Below, piece after piece: positions 52,087 through 64,000 of a stretch of 64,000 nucleotides of DNA. Numbering within the stretch: position 1 is the stretch's first letter; each line of letters starts with the position of its first letter. Both the position numbers and the translations under genes were made by a program. The stretch is from assembly GCF_006345805.1 (NCBI RefSeq), contig NC_043017.1:28768001-28832000 (forward strand), read 5' to 3'. The stretch is from Octopus sinensis. Lineage: Eukaryota. Under the pieces are notes generated by a model. That model saw only the letters and a program-made list of their open reading frames with translations, was not told the DNA's origin and made no database searches.

Positions 52087-53143
52087 ATTATAGCTATAAA
52101 TTACACTTAACACAAAGAGCTATAATTCCTGGGTAGTATTTGTTGGTTTCTGTTCGACACATTCACAGGAGGTGAACTATAGAACTATAACATTTTATAC
52201 TTTACTTTTTCTGTATGTCAAATTCTTATTATGAATCGGGGAATACTTTTCAAAATGTTCCTTTCCAAATTGCATGATGCTATTTACCATATGCGTAGTT
52301 GCTCCATCGATGCATATTAACGCGAAATGCTTATAAGAGACTCTCAAATGGATACAACATTGCGTTCAGCATCCTTTTGAAACAACAGTCTTCTTCGGCC
52401 TTTAACTTTTCATTTCAGCCCCTACGCTGAAATTTCTGATGTCAGTCAGCATTTTCCCTTTTTTAACATCACTATGGTCCACTGGTTTATTATATGCAGA
52501 GGGCTCTGAGGAACGTAATTGTTTAACCGCGTGCAACATTCCCTAGCTACGGGTTCCTCATGTTTCAAGTGCCATCGCATTCTATTGTTCATCTATCCTT
52601 AATTGCCTAGCATTAATGTTTGATGCCTCAGAAATAGTCAATGCATTGACACTAATGTTGCCAAGCTAGCTTGATGTTTTGTTTGTACAAGTAGTGGCAA
52701 CATTGTGGCAGGAACATTTATCTTGGCTAATATCCATTAGAATATCATTTGGGAATGTTTTACTTAAGAAACATAGGATTAGTATAAACCTCTAAGCTTT
52801 CATATAGAGCAAATCATATTGACTTCAAATTTTCTTTAAAATATAAAAGAGTAAGAGCTGTGTAGTAGCATATGGAACATTACAGAGAAACCGTACCTCT
52901 GAAATATCTATTTCATTCTGACAGCCTCAACGCGATTCTTCATTGGTAAATAGCCAATAATAAATAATATTGTTTATGCGTTGGATTATATCCTTTGGTA
53001 CTTTAGCATATCCATGCATTCATAGCTAAACTGCATAATTGGGGAATACAATTAAAATATTCCTTTCCAGATTGTAGCATGACTCTGCACCAATGATGTT
53101 CAAGTTTCTATCGCATTAATCCCGGAGAAACACCTACAGTATA

Positions 53144-53697
53144 TATTGGGTTGTCCGGAAAGTTCAGGCCGTTTTTTAAGGACAGAAAACTGTCAATAAA
53201 TACTTGCCATTATATTTTTAATCAACCAAATATAAACCATTTTGTTGCACAATGCGGTCCCATCTTTCCTTTAACTTGAAAATACCCTCTTCCTAGAATT
53301 TAGGTGGTTTCATGGCAAATAATTCATCTAGGTATCTTTTTACGTCATGTAAGGAATTGAAATTTTTACCATTAAGGCTATTCTCAGAGACCCGAATAAG
53401 TGGAAATCCAAAGAAGCAATATCTAGGGAATATGGAGGGCGGAGTAACATATCCCAGCCGAGCTGCTGCAATTTTTGTCTGGTTCCCAAAGCATCAATTG
53501 CCGAAAATGAATTTACTTATTTTCCATTTTAAAGGGTTACAGAATTAACACAGGTTATAGGAACATAAACCTTCTTCCACGAAAAGATAGCTTATTCTGT
53601 GCTCTAAATGGAGGTGTAGTCAAATTATAGTTTATGGACTCAACCATCTCCTAAAATAAGTCGAAATGTAAGCAGGAACATTCCAGACAACCCAATA
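53144..53697 (-). mobile_element. Internally deleted mariner (MITE-like derivative) with TIRs
   Basis: Ends tattgggttgtc.ggaa.gttc at both termini; minus strand MENK*IHFRQL joined to LGWDMLLRPPYSLDIASLDFHLF...RWDRIVQQNGLYLVD*. Confidence 0.88.
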
Positions 53698-55044
53698 TTT
53701 ACCTTATTTAGCACCATATTCGTTGGTATTTTTTTTTCATGTGATTGACATCGTTCTTTAGAATCAGTCCTTTTCAACTTACTTTTATCTTTATGTAGAA
53801 TTGGTAATAAATATTGATAAGAACACCACCAAATATCAGATTTCGTCTATACAAGTAATTGTCAAAACAAGTCATTTCCTATTTCCTTCCCTCTTAGATG
53901 CTTGTCTATTGCGGTCGTAATGATTAAAATATAATTTTCAGAAGCAGGGAAAACCATACCTGATGCGCTTTCAAATACCCAAGATCAAATGATTTTCTGA
54001 TAAACTCATAGAGTTTAGTTGTGTGGTTAGTTATAGTTTTGTAGTTGGCATATTTAGCGTAAATAATATACTTGTATAAGCTCGAGAAGAGACCCAAAGA
54101 TTGATTAGCTGTATAGAAGGGATAATTATTAGACTATTATAAATATGCACTGTAGCTATCATTTATCAAAGCTGCATGTGTCGAATTGGCGTTAGAAGCC
54201 AATTAATATATCTTCGACACATTTCATTGAGAATAACATTGCATAATATGTATTCTTCGCTTTCCTGACACCTGATGCATTATTTATCACTAATGATGCG
54301 ACAGTTTCTGGTAGCTTGACCTGATCGCTCAGTCTTACTGCGAGGCTACCTGACTGAAGATCTTGATGAGTTTAGACAGATAATGTCCTAATTGCTATAA
54401 GGCTCTACATTCTAATTATTAGAATAAGTACGCATAAGATTATGTCTAGTGTTCCAGAATCAACGTGCAAACTACAACATCTGACTGTTCAAATTTAGCG
54501 AAACGTCTATTTTGTTGTATGCATATACTAAAATAAGAGAGAGTTTCTAACATATATAGCAATTACTCAAGTTTAGATCTTCAAGAGACACACTCATTAT
54601 AATTTTGAACCTTTCTATAAATGCAAATAATTTAAATATTTCGTTTACCGATGTCCTTGGTGAAATTGTATTGAATACGAAACATGCAAAAAAGAAAATA
54701 TTTTGCTTATATAAAGTATTTTAACAACAGGAATTTTCGAGTTTATGAGTACAGTGATAAAAAAGAATTATGAAGAAATAATCCTCAGACGTTTGTATTT
54801 CCAGCAGATTATCAAATAATTTTTTTTTTCATGTTTTTCAAATACGAATTTCGTATTTTCTGCCAATCTTATAATATAAATTTCGCTGTCGTTTCAGTTT
54901 TAAGATCATTGTATATAGTTTAATACTTTTATGAAAAAGTCGGTAAGTTTTTAATTGTATTCCTAAACCATAAATACAAATTATTAAATATATTTGATAT
55001 ATTACCATTTGAAAACCTCCATGTATTTACTATTTTATATTATG

Positions 55045-55429
55045 ACGAGCAAAACGCCCCCCGTCTAATGCACGGTGCTGAGTTGTCAAACATTTAAGTC
55101 AAATTTTTTAAAAACTACGTGTCCGACCATCCCATAGGCCTCCCCTTTGAGAAACACTGATTTAACCTAAATTTGAAACACCAGCAAAAAGAAGAAATAA
55201 TGATATACTTTTTTTCTATTCCAAGAAAAACAATTTTAAAAATGCACGTTCTCACGGCTTTATCGATCGCATTCTCACTGGAATCGATTCTTGTTATTTT
55301 TTAAAGACTTATACACGCCCTAATACCGTCGGTATCTACATATCAAACCTGAGCGCAATCGGATGGAGGATGCCCGAGATCCTAGAAGACACACACACAG
55401 ACAGACAGAACGGAATTTATATAATAGAT
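55045..55429 (+). mobile_element. Probable non-autonomous Helitron/Helentron-type element
   Basis: 5' short hairpin ccgt-ctaatgc-acgg; 3' end ...aatcggatgg...(cagacaga)n..atttatataatagat resembles Lep1/HINE-type ends. Confidence 0.45.
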
Positions 55430-55882
55430 GATTTGGTAGATAATATAGTTTCGATAAATATTTCGAATTTTCGGACGGAAAAATAAAACTTGACTGATCG
55501 AGTGTTTGAAAATATTGTCATGATATAGAACAGTATGGATTACATAATATGCATTACAGATACTTTTCATTTATCGCATATCACGGAGCTTATATAATTG
55601 ATTCTAGGTGTTATAATGCCAAGACATTCTGCTTTTACATTGTAGCTGCATCGTGTCCTTGGCAAACAGCCTTACTTTTCCATCGGATCTATTCAGTTAG
55701 GAGTAAACAAACAGCATACGCTTAGATAAAATTATTGCTTTAAGCTTCAGAATTAACGATAAAATTCCTACAGATTTTTTAGTTCACATTTACATCGAAC
55801 AGCTACACAGGTAATACTGTCGCTACTAATCCGGCTAAATTATGTACGCTGAATTAAGGCAAGTATGTACACGTATTCATAC

Positions 55883-56107
55883 ACTCTTTTACTCTTTTAC
55901 TTGTTTCAGTCGTTTGACTGCGGCTATGCTGGAGCACCTCCTTTAATCGAGCAACTCGACCCCGGGACTTATTCTTTTGTAAGCCCAGTTCTTATTCTAT
56001 CGGGCCCTTTTGTCGAACCGCTAAGTGACGGGGATGTAAACACACCAGCATCGGTTGTCAAGCAATGCTAGGGGGCCAAACACAGACACACAAACATATA
56101 CACACAC

Positions 56108-56163
<56 letters not shown>

Positions 56164-56327
56164 GACAGGCTTTTTTCAGTTTCCGTCTACCAAATCCACT
56201 CACAAGGCTTTTGTCGGCCCGAGGCTATAGTAGAAGACACTTGCCCAAGGTGTCATGCAGTGGGACTGAACTCGGAACCATGTGGTTCGTAAGCAAGCTA
56301 CTTACCACACAGACACTCCTACGTCTA
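55883..56327 (-). mobile_element. SINE family B, full length
   Basis: Reverse complement of the consensus; internal (TA)n/(TACA)n. Confidence 0.92.
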
Positions 56328-57341
56328 TATAGTTAACTTAATTATTGAACATACTGAAATTTGCACATGGGAAATATATTAGATATAGTTTATATGTGCA
56401 AGGATATTTATCAACCTATGCATAATGTTCTAGGGGAAATTTATCATATACTAATGTTAAATTCACACAGCTGGCATTGAAACTGGCGTAATATATATGA
56501 GGATGGTAAAATATGCAATACCATGGTATTAATATTCTTATAGATGGTAGACAGCCAAAGTTGTAACAAAAGAAATATGCCATTATCATTCGAACCGAAG
56601 GTGTGATAATTGCAGTTCTGTTGTGAGTAACCGTAGGCTATCGTTCATTCGAGTGAAAGTTAATGTACAGACATCGAAAGCGCTACCTCAGAACGGCATT
56701 AGGACAGTATATGCAGATATTGTATAGATTAGTGAAGGATAAAATGCTCCGAATTTCTTGCAAATATCTGATATTTGTCTCCATTAGTAGAAGTGAAAGT
56801 GTGATGCTCGTAAAGTTATGTCGTATCTAGACGAGTATTATCTGATGAAAGGATTCACTTACAGAAAAAAGAAAAAAAACACTGTAAGTGAATTATGCTG
56901 TAGGATTTTTCTCACATATAATATAATCCACGATTATATTAACTATTACATTTTCAAGTAATGTAAGTTACCAGATATGCCACGAGATCACTTGTGTGAG
57001 AGACTGCATGCTTTATTTTACGTAAAAGTAAGTGTAAATCTATTCGCAGATTATGAAATAGTGGTAAGAAGAATGTTATGTAATTTCACATCGAACTCTT
57101 TTTGACTATCCTTCATTTCTATATAGTATTCTATACGTAACTGTAGTATTCTTTTTGCGACAACTTCACATATACATGTGGTGCTAAAAAGTGCGGAAAG
57201 GTATGAGTAGCAAGTAAAAAGTGCTCATCACATGTGGTAGAAATGCTAAATAAGGATTTCTGTGATCGTGCATGTCCTCAGTGACAAGTATTCAATGTCA
57301 ACTGAATGCTTGTATGTGTGTATATCTGTGGGTCTGTGTAC

Positions 57342-57372
<31 letters not shown>

Positions 57373-57410
57373 TGTATGTATATGATTGTCCACTCACATA
57401 CACACACACA

Positions 57411-58378
57411 TTTTTGTCTTCTAAAACTCAGTCCAAGGACTGCGGCCATGCTCAAGCACCGCCATTTACCTTAATACACTTTCACTAAACCTCCTCTGAT
57501 ATGTGACATTTGGTGGACGAAGCAGTTTGACGTTGCTGCCCTTATCTGCGTTTCCTGCTTAGAAGTACGCAGGTCTATCAGGCTTTGTAGGATGATATTA
57601 AAGAGCTGTGGACCTTTGAAACCCAACATGTTGCAGTAACAGACCTGTATCTTCATAGCAATGTTGAGACCTTTTGTATCATGCAGTAGCTCCCCGTCCT
57701 GCTATTTGTGTAAGTTACTATGCCAAAGTTGGGAACAAGCTTTTCTGGGATATCTTTCCTGCTTTCGCTCCAGGGAGTAGAGTCTCACTTCTTTCACTCT
57801 CCCCTAGTAGCTGATACGTTGCATTATATCGATCTTCTTTATGTAGCTTCGATGGACCTCCTGGAGCACCGTCGTTAATTTTACACTATTTGGTGACAAC
57901 AGTTAGGACCAGTAATCCAAACAGCTGTGAACAAAGGTCCTCCAGAGGACCATCGTAGTTTCATTTTCTCTTCCTTTGAAAGTTCGAAGGATCCAACCGA
58001 CCAGATAGTGGCATTTCTTTAACAATTAGTAATGTGCACCAGGAAAGATACATCATTACTCATGTCGATGTCCATGCCAAGCACTGATTTTGATTCAGGG
58101 AATGGAATCCCTCCAAACGCCAGTACATCCTATCTGCTTTTCATTGAGCTTCCTGTGTTCGTAGCGCAGGGCTTAGAATTTTTAAGCATTAAACTGCAGG
58201 TTATTTTCCCCAACCCACTTGTAAATTGTATCCAACTCACATTTCCGATGCACCATGTCTCTGGGGTTCTGTATCCTAAGAGAGATATTTGAATCGTCTC
58301 CATATCTAGCAAGGGTAGCTACTTGAGCAGCTGAGGGCATGTCAGAGAGGGGCACTATTAATAGCACTGGCTCCATTG
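57411..58378 (-). mobile_element. 5'-truncated CR1-like LINE (RT C-terminal half plus 3' tail), decayed
   Basis: VPLSDMPSAAQVATLARYGDDSNIS (YADD-like), YKWVGENNLQFNA, LGFKGPQLFNII..LIDL; 3' tail ggcggtgcttgagcatggccgcagtccttggactgag. Confidence 0.88.
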
Positions 58379-58546
58379 GAGACTGACATTATAGGCTGAT
58401 GAAATGCCTTATAGACTGACATTAGAGACTGATGAAATGCCTTATAGACTGACACTATAGACTGACATTATAGACTGATGAAATGCCTTATAGACTGACA
58501 TTAGAGACTGACATGAGACCCTGACATTATAGATTGATGAAATGCA
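58379..58546. repeat. Compound minisatellite of (tagactgacat) and (tagactgatgaaatgcct) units
   Basis: Interleaved ~12-bp and ~20-bp related units abutting the 5' truncation point of the CR1. Confidence 0.85.
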
Positions 58547-59265
58547 ATACTTTCAGTACAGACATTATTTATTAAAGAAAAAGTTGGGCTTCAATTTAGG
58601 CGATAGAAATATACCAACAATATGTGGTATAGGAGGCAAATACTTATTTAAACAGTGATTAATATTCCCTTGGTTGCAAGATTTATACGTGTATGTAAAA
58701 TAAATTCACTTCTCTAGTTATCCGATTTAGTAATATTTCTGGCAAAGAGAAATAATTTAGCTTGTACGACTTTAGTGTGGAAGTGTAGTAATCTTTGATA
58801 TCATATATATATATATATTGAGTTGCGTTTATTGGGAAGAAATTTGAACCATTCAATGAGAGATTCATTATTTGAACCGTAGTGAAAAAAGTGTTATCGC
58901 TTTGATATTTGGGATCGGATAATGTAGCAAATATTTACTGTTCTTCCTTATATCAGTAGTTTCCAGATTAATTATCCTAATAGATGTTTATTGAGGAAAT
59001 TAGCTGTATGGAACTTACAAGCGAAATATGCTTGTTTACGTGTCAATAGCTCAGTACTGTCATTAATTCGCAGATCAGTGAAGATTTATTGACCTTAAAT
59101 GTTTGTATATTTTTGTGTGGTCCAGTTCTCATATAGTGTTTAGTGACCAACAGATTGTAGTAATCTATGTAATTTTCCATTTATTATGCATTTTATTCTG
59201 GTTATGTTAGACATAGATGTATTCAAGATTCATAAATCCATGCTTTGTGTTGTTCAGTTTCCCCT

Positions 59266-59483
59266 ATTTTTTCTTCTTTTTAGTTGTTTCAGTCATTTTG
59301 ACTGTGGCCATGCTGGAGCACCGCCTTTAATCGAGCAACTCGACCCCGGGGACTTATTCTTTTTGTAAGCCCAGTACTTATTCTATCGTTCTCTTTTGCC
59401 GAACAACTAAGTGACGGGGACGTAAACACACCAGCATCGGTGGTCAAACAATGCTAGGGGGACAAACACAGACACACAAACAT

Positions 59484-59567
<84 letters not shown>

Positions 59568-59730
59568 GACGGGCTTCTTTCAGTTTCCGTCTACCAATCC
59601 ACTCACAAGGCTTTGGTCGGCCCGGGGCTATAGTAGAAGACACTTGCCCAAGGTGCCGTGCGGTGGGACTGAACCCGGAACCATGTGGTTGATAAACAAC
59701 CTACTTACCACACAGCCACTCCTGCGCCTA
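59266..59730 (-). mobile_element. SINE family B, full length
   Basis: Reverse complement of the consensus; long internal (CA)n(TA)n. Confidence 0.93.
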
Positions 59731-60776
59731 TACTTATTATTTTTTTACATTAGGAGTTACGGCGTTTAATTAGATCAGTCTTCAATAAAATGGTATGGCA
59801 TTTGTCAGATTTTAATCTGCATGCAAAGATGTTATCTTGCGCTTCTCTTAGTTAATCAAAGAAAAAACTACACCACATAAGTCTTTTGATTAAAGCTCCG
59901 GTTTCTAGTATCATACTATTAATAGAGATTTTTTCTTGGTGTAGGACAGCAATAATTGTATTTGAAGAATCGATTTCCTGATTCTTCGTTTTATTATTTT
60001 GGTAAATGGATCAGATTGCAGCTTGTATTTAGTATGTTCCTGTTTAAAAGTGTTAGTTTGATCAATACTTCAAAAAGTAGATTTTTAGTATATTGATTTG
60101 AAAATATATTATGGACTTATAAACGTATATTGATCATTATAACCTCCTCGGAAAACTTGAGTGAAAAATTCAGATATAGGTCGTTGCCAGTATTTAATAT
60201 TACGGCAGGATGAAACAAGTCCAAGACTGGTTGAAAGTGCAAGAATGATGGGTCAAAGTTTGATAATATGGGTAAATCTAAAATTATGAGCCTCTTAGAT
60301 CATATTTGTGAGCACGTAAACGATGTCTTCAGAAGTGTTTCAAATAGCGTTTCCTTAGAAACGTTTCTATATATCACATTTATTCAATTTTGTGCTGAAA
60401 TGGAATCTTTAGTTATGGAGATTTTGGAAGATATTCTTTTACTCTGAAGTGTGCAGATTAAAAGTACGGCTTCTAATTTTATAGCATTAGGAATCTTCTG
60501 TCATTTTTTTCTTCTTAGGTTTTAGATTAAGAAAATATTTTTCTACTTTAAGAATTAAGGTTATATGTGAACAACTTAAAAGAAATGGTTGAAATTTGAG
60601 GGAGCGAAAATACTAGATTGTAAAGCAATTTTTTCTCAATACAGAAAGATCAGTTTATAAAGTGAAAATGTGTCGGATTGAAAATGATATATTGTAAGGT
60701 ACAATTCTTGAATAAGAGTGACATATCGAAATTCAATTTAGTAAGGGAAATCTTTAAGTTTTACTATTAATGTTAT

Positions 60777-60940
60777 GAGTGGCTGTGTGGTAAGTAGCTT
60801 GCTAACCAACCACATGGTTGCGGGTTCAATCCCACTGTCTGGCATCTTGGGCAAGTGTCTTCTGCTATAGTCCCGGGCCGACCAATGCCTTGTGAGTGGA
60901 TTTGGTAGACGGAAACTGAAAGAAGTCTGTGGTATATTAG

Positions 60941-60972
<32 letters not shown>

Positions 60973-61190
60973 CGTGTGTGTTTGTGTGTCTGTGTTTGTC
61001 CCCCTAGCATTGCTTGACAACCGATGCTGGTGTGTTTACGTCCCCGTCACTTAGCGTTTCGGCAAAAGAGACCGATAGAATAAGTACTGGGCTTACAAAA
61101 AAGAATAAGTCCCGGGGTCGAGTTGCTCGACTAAAGGCGGTGCTCCAGCATGGCCGCAGTCAAAATGACTGAAACAAGTAAAAGAAAGAA
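60777..61190 (+). mobile_element. SINE family B
   Basis: Near-full copy. Confidence 0.92.
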
Positions 61191-61513
61191 ATAATAATAG
61201 TGTTTTAAAGACCTGTGAAGACGGGAGAAGCCTATACTTTACAAACGGTTTTCTTTCGCTTTTCTAAATGTTACCAAATGCATCAGGTCAATAGTGTCAA
61301 ACACATTTATGTTGGAGTTTTATAAGACGTTGAGTGCTAAACGAAATTTGCAGATGACGTTTGTTCTTGACTTCTCTACAATATGACTATCAGTATATTT
61401 AGTAAGAGCAACACATAATTATTTACAGCCTACATATCAACCAATTCAAAATTTGGTATAACTCGATAGGCTGCTGCATATGCCAACAATATAGTGTATC
61501 GCACTGAATATCC

Positions 61514-61514
<1 letters not shown>

Positions 61515-61600
<86 letters not shown>

Positions 61601-61657
61601 ATCTCTCTCTCTCTCTCTCTCCCTCTCTCTCTCTCTATCTCTCTCTCTATATATATA
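61515..61657. repeat. (TATC)n(CT)n microsatellite
   Basis: Direct reading. Confidence 0.95.
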
Positions 61658-61849
61658 CTTTATTTAAAAGCAGCAGAAATTCAACAAAACCTGTTACTCG
61701 GAGTTTCACGTTCATGTTCGTCGGAACGTGAAACTCCGAATAACAGGTTTTGTTGAATTTCTGCTGCTTTTAAATAAAGCATATTACTCTAACCCTGGTA
61801 TTTGAGTACTATTTTTCCACCTTGTTTCACATTTATGTGTTTACTCCGC
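61658..61849. mobile_element. Penelope-like terminal fragment with 5' fold-back (56-bp arms) at an HHR
   Basis: Arms 61658-61713 and 61724-61779, 10-nt spacer; minus strand reads CCGACGA-AC..GT-GAAA-CTC cgag TA-acag; the plus copy continues to 61849 and matches 2557-2623. Confidence 0.75.
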
Positions 61850-62003
61850 TATATATATATATATATATGTTCAAGATTAATCAGCCGAAATTGCGAGGAT
61901 GATCCGGTTCTTGACTGAAGATTGAAGGCTTCGAATGTCCCGTCCGTGTTTTTTGTATCGTCTTCTAAATGTTTTGCGTTCTTGTCCCAGTTTGTGTTTT
62001 TTT

Positions 62004-62069
<66 letters not shown>

Positions 62070-62098
62070 GCGTGTGCGTTTGTGTGTGTGTATGTATA

Positions 62099-62146
<48 letters not shown>

Positions 62147-62156
62147 TGTATGTGTG

Positions 62157-62187
<31 letters not shown>

Positions 62188-62555
62188 ATAATATTACGGC
62201 CCAGGTATCTAGGTGCAGTAAGTTAGTAAGCTTCGTGCACTTTTTAATAGGTATCATAAATAACGTTCAAGAGCTATAAGAGTTTAATGGCGGAGAATGT
62301 TGTAGATTTTTCCCGTATCGAAATTCGATAAGCAGGAAAAAAGTTATTTTATAGTTCGCGGTTAGCATCTAATGTTGCTATGAATTCGAATAAAAATGAG
62401 AGAATGCAGTAGGTAAAATCCAGGCTACACAGGTTTCCTAGCTAGCAGAAACTCAGAAGTAATAATTACTCAACCATCAGTCCTACAATTGCTACTCATC
62501 AGACCGAAGATACCTTACCTAAATAAAATGTCCAGATATGCTCAATAAAGAGAAT

Positions 62556-62863
62556 TCTTTTGCGCCCTTTCGAAGCTTAGCCAGGCTCATGGGCCCAGTC
62601 TCCCGATTTCTATGGCGTATGTATTCCCCCAAGTTGGACGGGACGCCAGTCCATCGCAGCGTTACTCAAGAAACAGGATGAGAGAGTCAGAGAAAGTTGA
62701 GACAAAAGAGTACAACAGGGGTCACCACCACCCCCTGCCGGAGCATCGTGGGGCTTTAGAGGTTTTCGCTTAATAAACACACACAACGCCCGGTCTGGGA
62801 ATCGAAACCGCGATCCTCCAACCGCGAGTCCGCTGCTATTAACGCTAAGCCATTGCGCCTCCA
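62556..62863 (-). mobile_element. SINE family C, tail C3, 13-bp TSD
   Basis: Same head and body; tail gatggactggcgtcccgtcc...gagcctggctaagcttcgaaagggcgcaaaagaa; caataaagagaat at 62543-62555 and 62864-62876. Confidence 0.9.
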
Positions 62864-63314
62864 CAATAAAGAGAATAGTGGCTCTCAAATGTTTTGAACT
62901 TCGACTCTAATAACTTTACCATAGACCAAGTCCCCGGAGTAAGGTGTGGCAATAAGAGTTATCTAGGTGAAGAGTATGGAGACATTTATGTGACTACACC
63001 AAATAAAACTGCTTCAGTTCGTGATACAAAATAGACATATATGTATACAGGTAAACAGACAGGAAGCAAAGACTGAAATTTTCAGACGATGAATATTCAA
63101 GTATAAACAGATAGATATTTATATATTAATGAGGCAAATTTACAGAGTACAAACGATAGAGAAAATTTCTCCCCTTTAATTTTCTGTCCTTTGTACTTTG
63201 CGTATGCTCCATTAATATATAAATATCTATATATTATATCTATATATTTTTAATAATTCTTTTTCATCGTCTGGAAACTTCGCTCTGCTTTCTCTCTATT
63301 TAAATCTATACATA

Positions 63315-63343
63315 TATTTTGTATGTATATATACTTATAGTAC

Positions 63344-63413
<70 letters not shown>

Positions 63414-63593
63414 ATATCTATCTATCTGTCTATCTATCTATCTATCTACCTACTTATATATATATATATATATATATGTAAATATCTATATACATATATA
63501 TATGTACATATATATATATATGTGTATGTATATATGCATTCTTGTGTGTGTGTATAAACTGCTGCATTAGTGTTGCATTAGTGGACTTGAACA

Positions 63594-63635
<42 letters not shown>
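63315..63635. repeat. (TATC)n/(TA)n microsatellite
   Basis: Direct reading. Confidence 0.95.
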
Positions 63636-63638
<3 letters not shown>

Positions 63639-64000
63639 CGTTTTGGGATTCGGGTTGCAAGATTCTTTACATGAGTTCGTGTGCTGAAGCATATTCTATT
63701 GTGTCTGGGGAGAGTCATTCTCTTTTAGTGCCTTATTATTTAACACACTCACCGGTAACATTTCCACTTATTTCTTATTTTTATTTTCTAAAATTTTCGT
63801 TGCGTCTTACAAACTTTTCAATAATCTTGACTCTCTCTATATATATATTGATCAAAATGGGAAGACAAGAAAAGAATGAAAGAGGCTTCGATATTATGTT
63901 ACAATAGTGGAATTTATCTGTAAATATAATATTTGACAATTACTCGCTTGCCATGATACCACTCTGAGTTTCGGATGTCGGGGCGGAAACCTGCGCCGGC

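Noticed and set aside
54354-54507. CTGAAGA/TTGATGA upstream of GAAACGTC
   Set aside because: Stem I does not pair and stem II is at most 3 weak pairs over about 130 nt; likely chance.
58397-58545. Repeated CTGATGA (hammerhead core) in the minisatellite
   Set aside because: No stem II closed before a GAAA and no stem I; the motif is part of the repeat unit. The regular spacing is also not CRISPR-like (no unique spacers, eukaryotic context).
25602-61010. Recurrent ORFs MLGGQTQTH...RLPNPLTR...GYSRRHLPK
   Set aside because: Antisense or sense read-through of SINE B copies, not a gene family.
61915-61950. CTGAAGA...TTCGAATGTC hammerhead-like string
   Set aside because: GAAA is incomplete (GAAT), and no consistent stem I or stem III pairing was found in either topology.
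12068-62863. tRNA-like sequences with A and B boxes
   Set aside because: They are heads of SINE families A, B and C; no complete cloverleaf or acceptor stem, so they are not called tRNA genes.
64-63907. Dozens of ORFs rich in YI, CV, HT, LSIY or poly-I/N/M/T
   Set aside because: They are translations of (TA)n, (TG)n, (TATC)n and trinucleotide arrays, with no domain content.

Overview
AT-rich, gene-poor eukaryotic (metazoan) DNA. The repeat landscape (very long (TA)n, (TATC)n and (AAT)n arrays, abundant tRNA-derived SINEs, R4/Dong, CR1, Tx1, RTE, mariner and Penelope-like remnants) points to a coleoid cephalopod, most likely Octopus (inference). I found no supportable host protein-coding exon, rRNA, true tRNA gene or CRISPR array; nearly all ORFs in the track are microsatellite read-through or decayed transposon frames, so this is probably intronic or intergenic. 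Contents: three tRNA-SINE families (here called A, B and C; about 16 copies of B), TAA-targeted stacks of R4/Dong 3' ends, CR1-like LINE fragments whose 3' tail is shared with SINE B, four mariner relics, a BEL/Pao LTR+gag fragment and a Tx1 fragment split by a SINE. Most notable are several hammerhead-ribozyme (HHR) motifs of Penelope-like type: a 457-bp fold-back carrying a complete type I HHR on each strand (49660-50116), a second fold-back whose junction falls at an HHR core (61658-61849), and a tRNA-head/(AAT)n/minimal-HHR composite (44327-44628). All pairings, alignments and translations were done by eye; boundaries of decayed elements are approximate.
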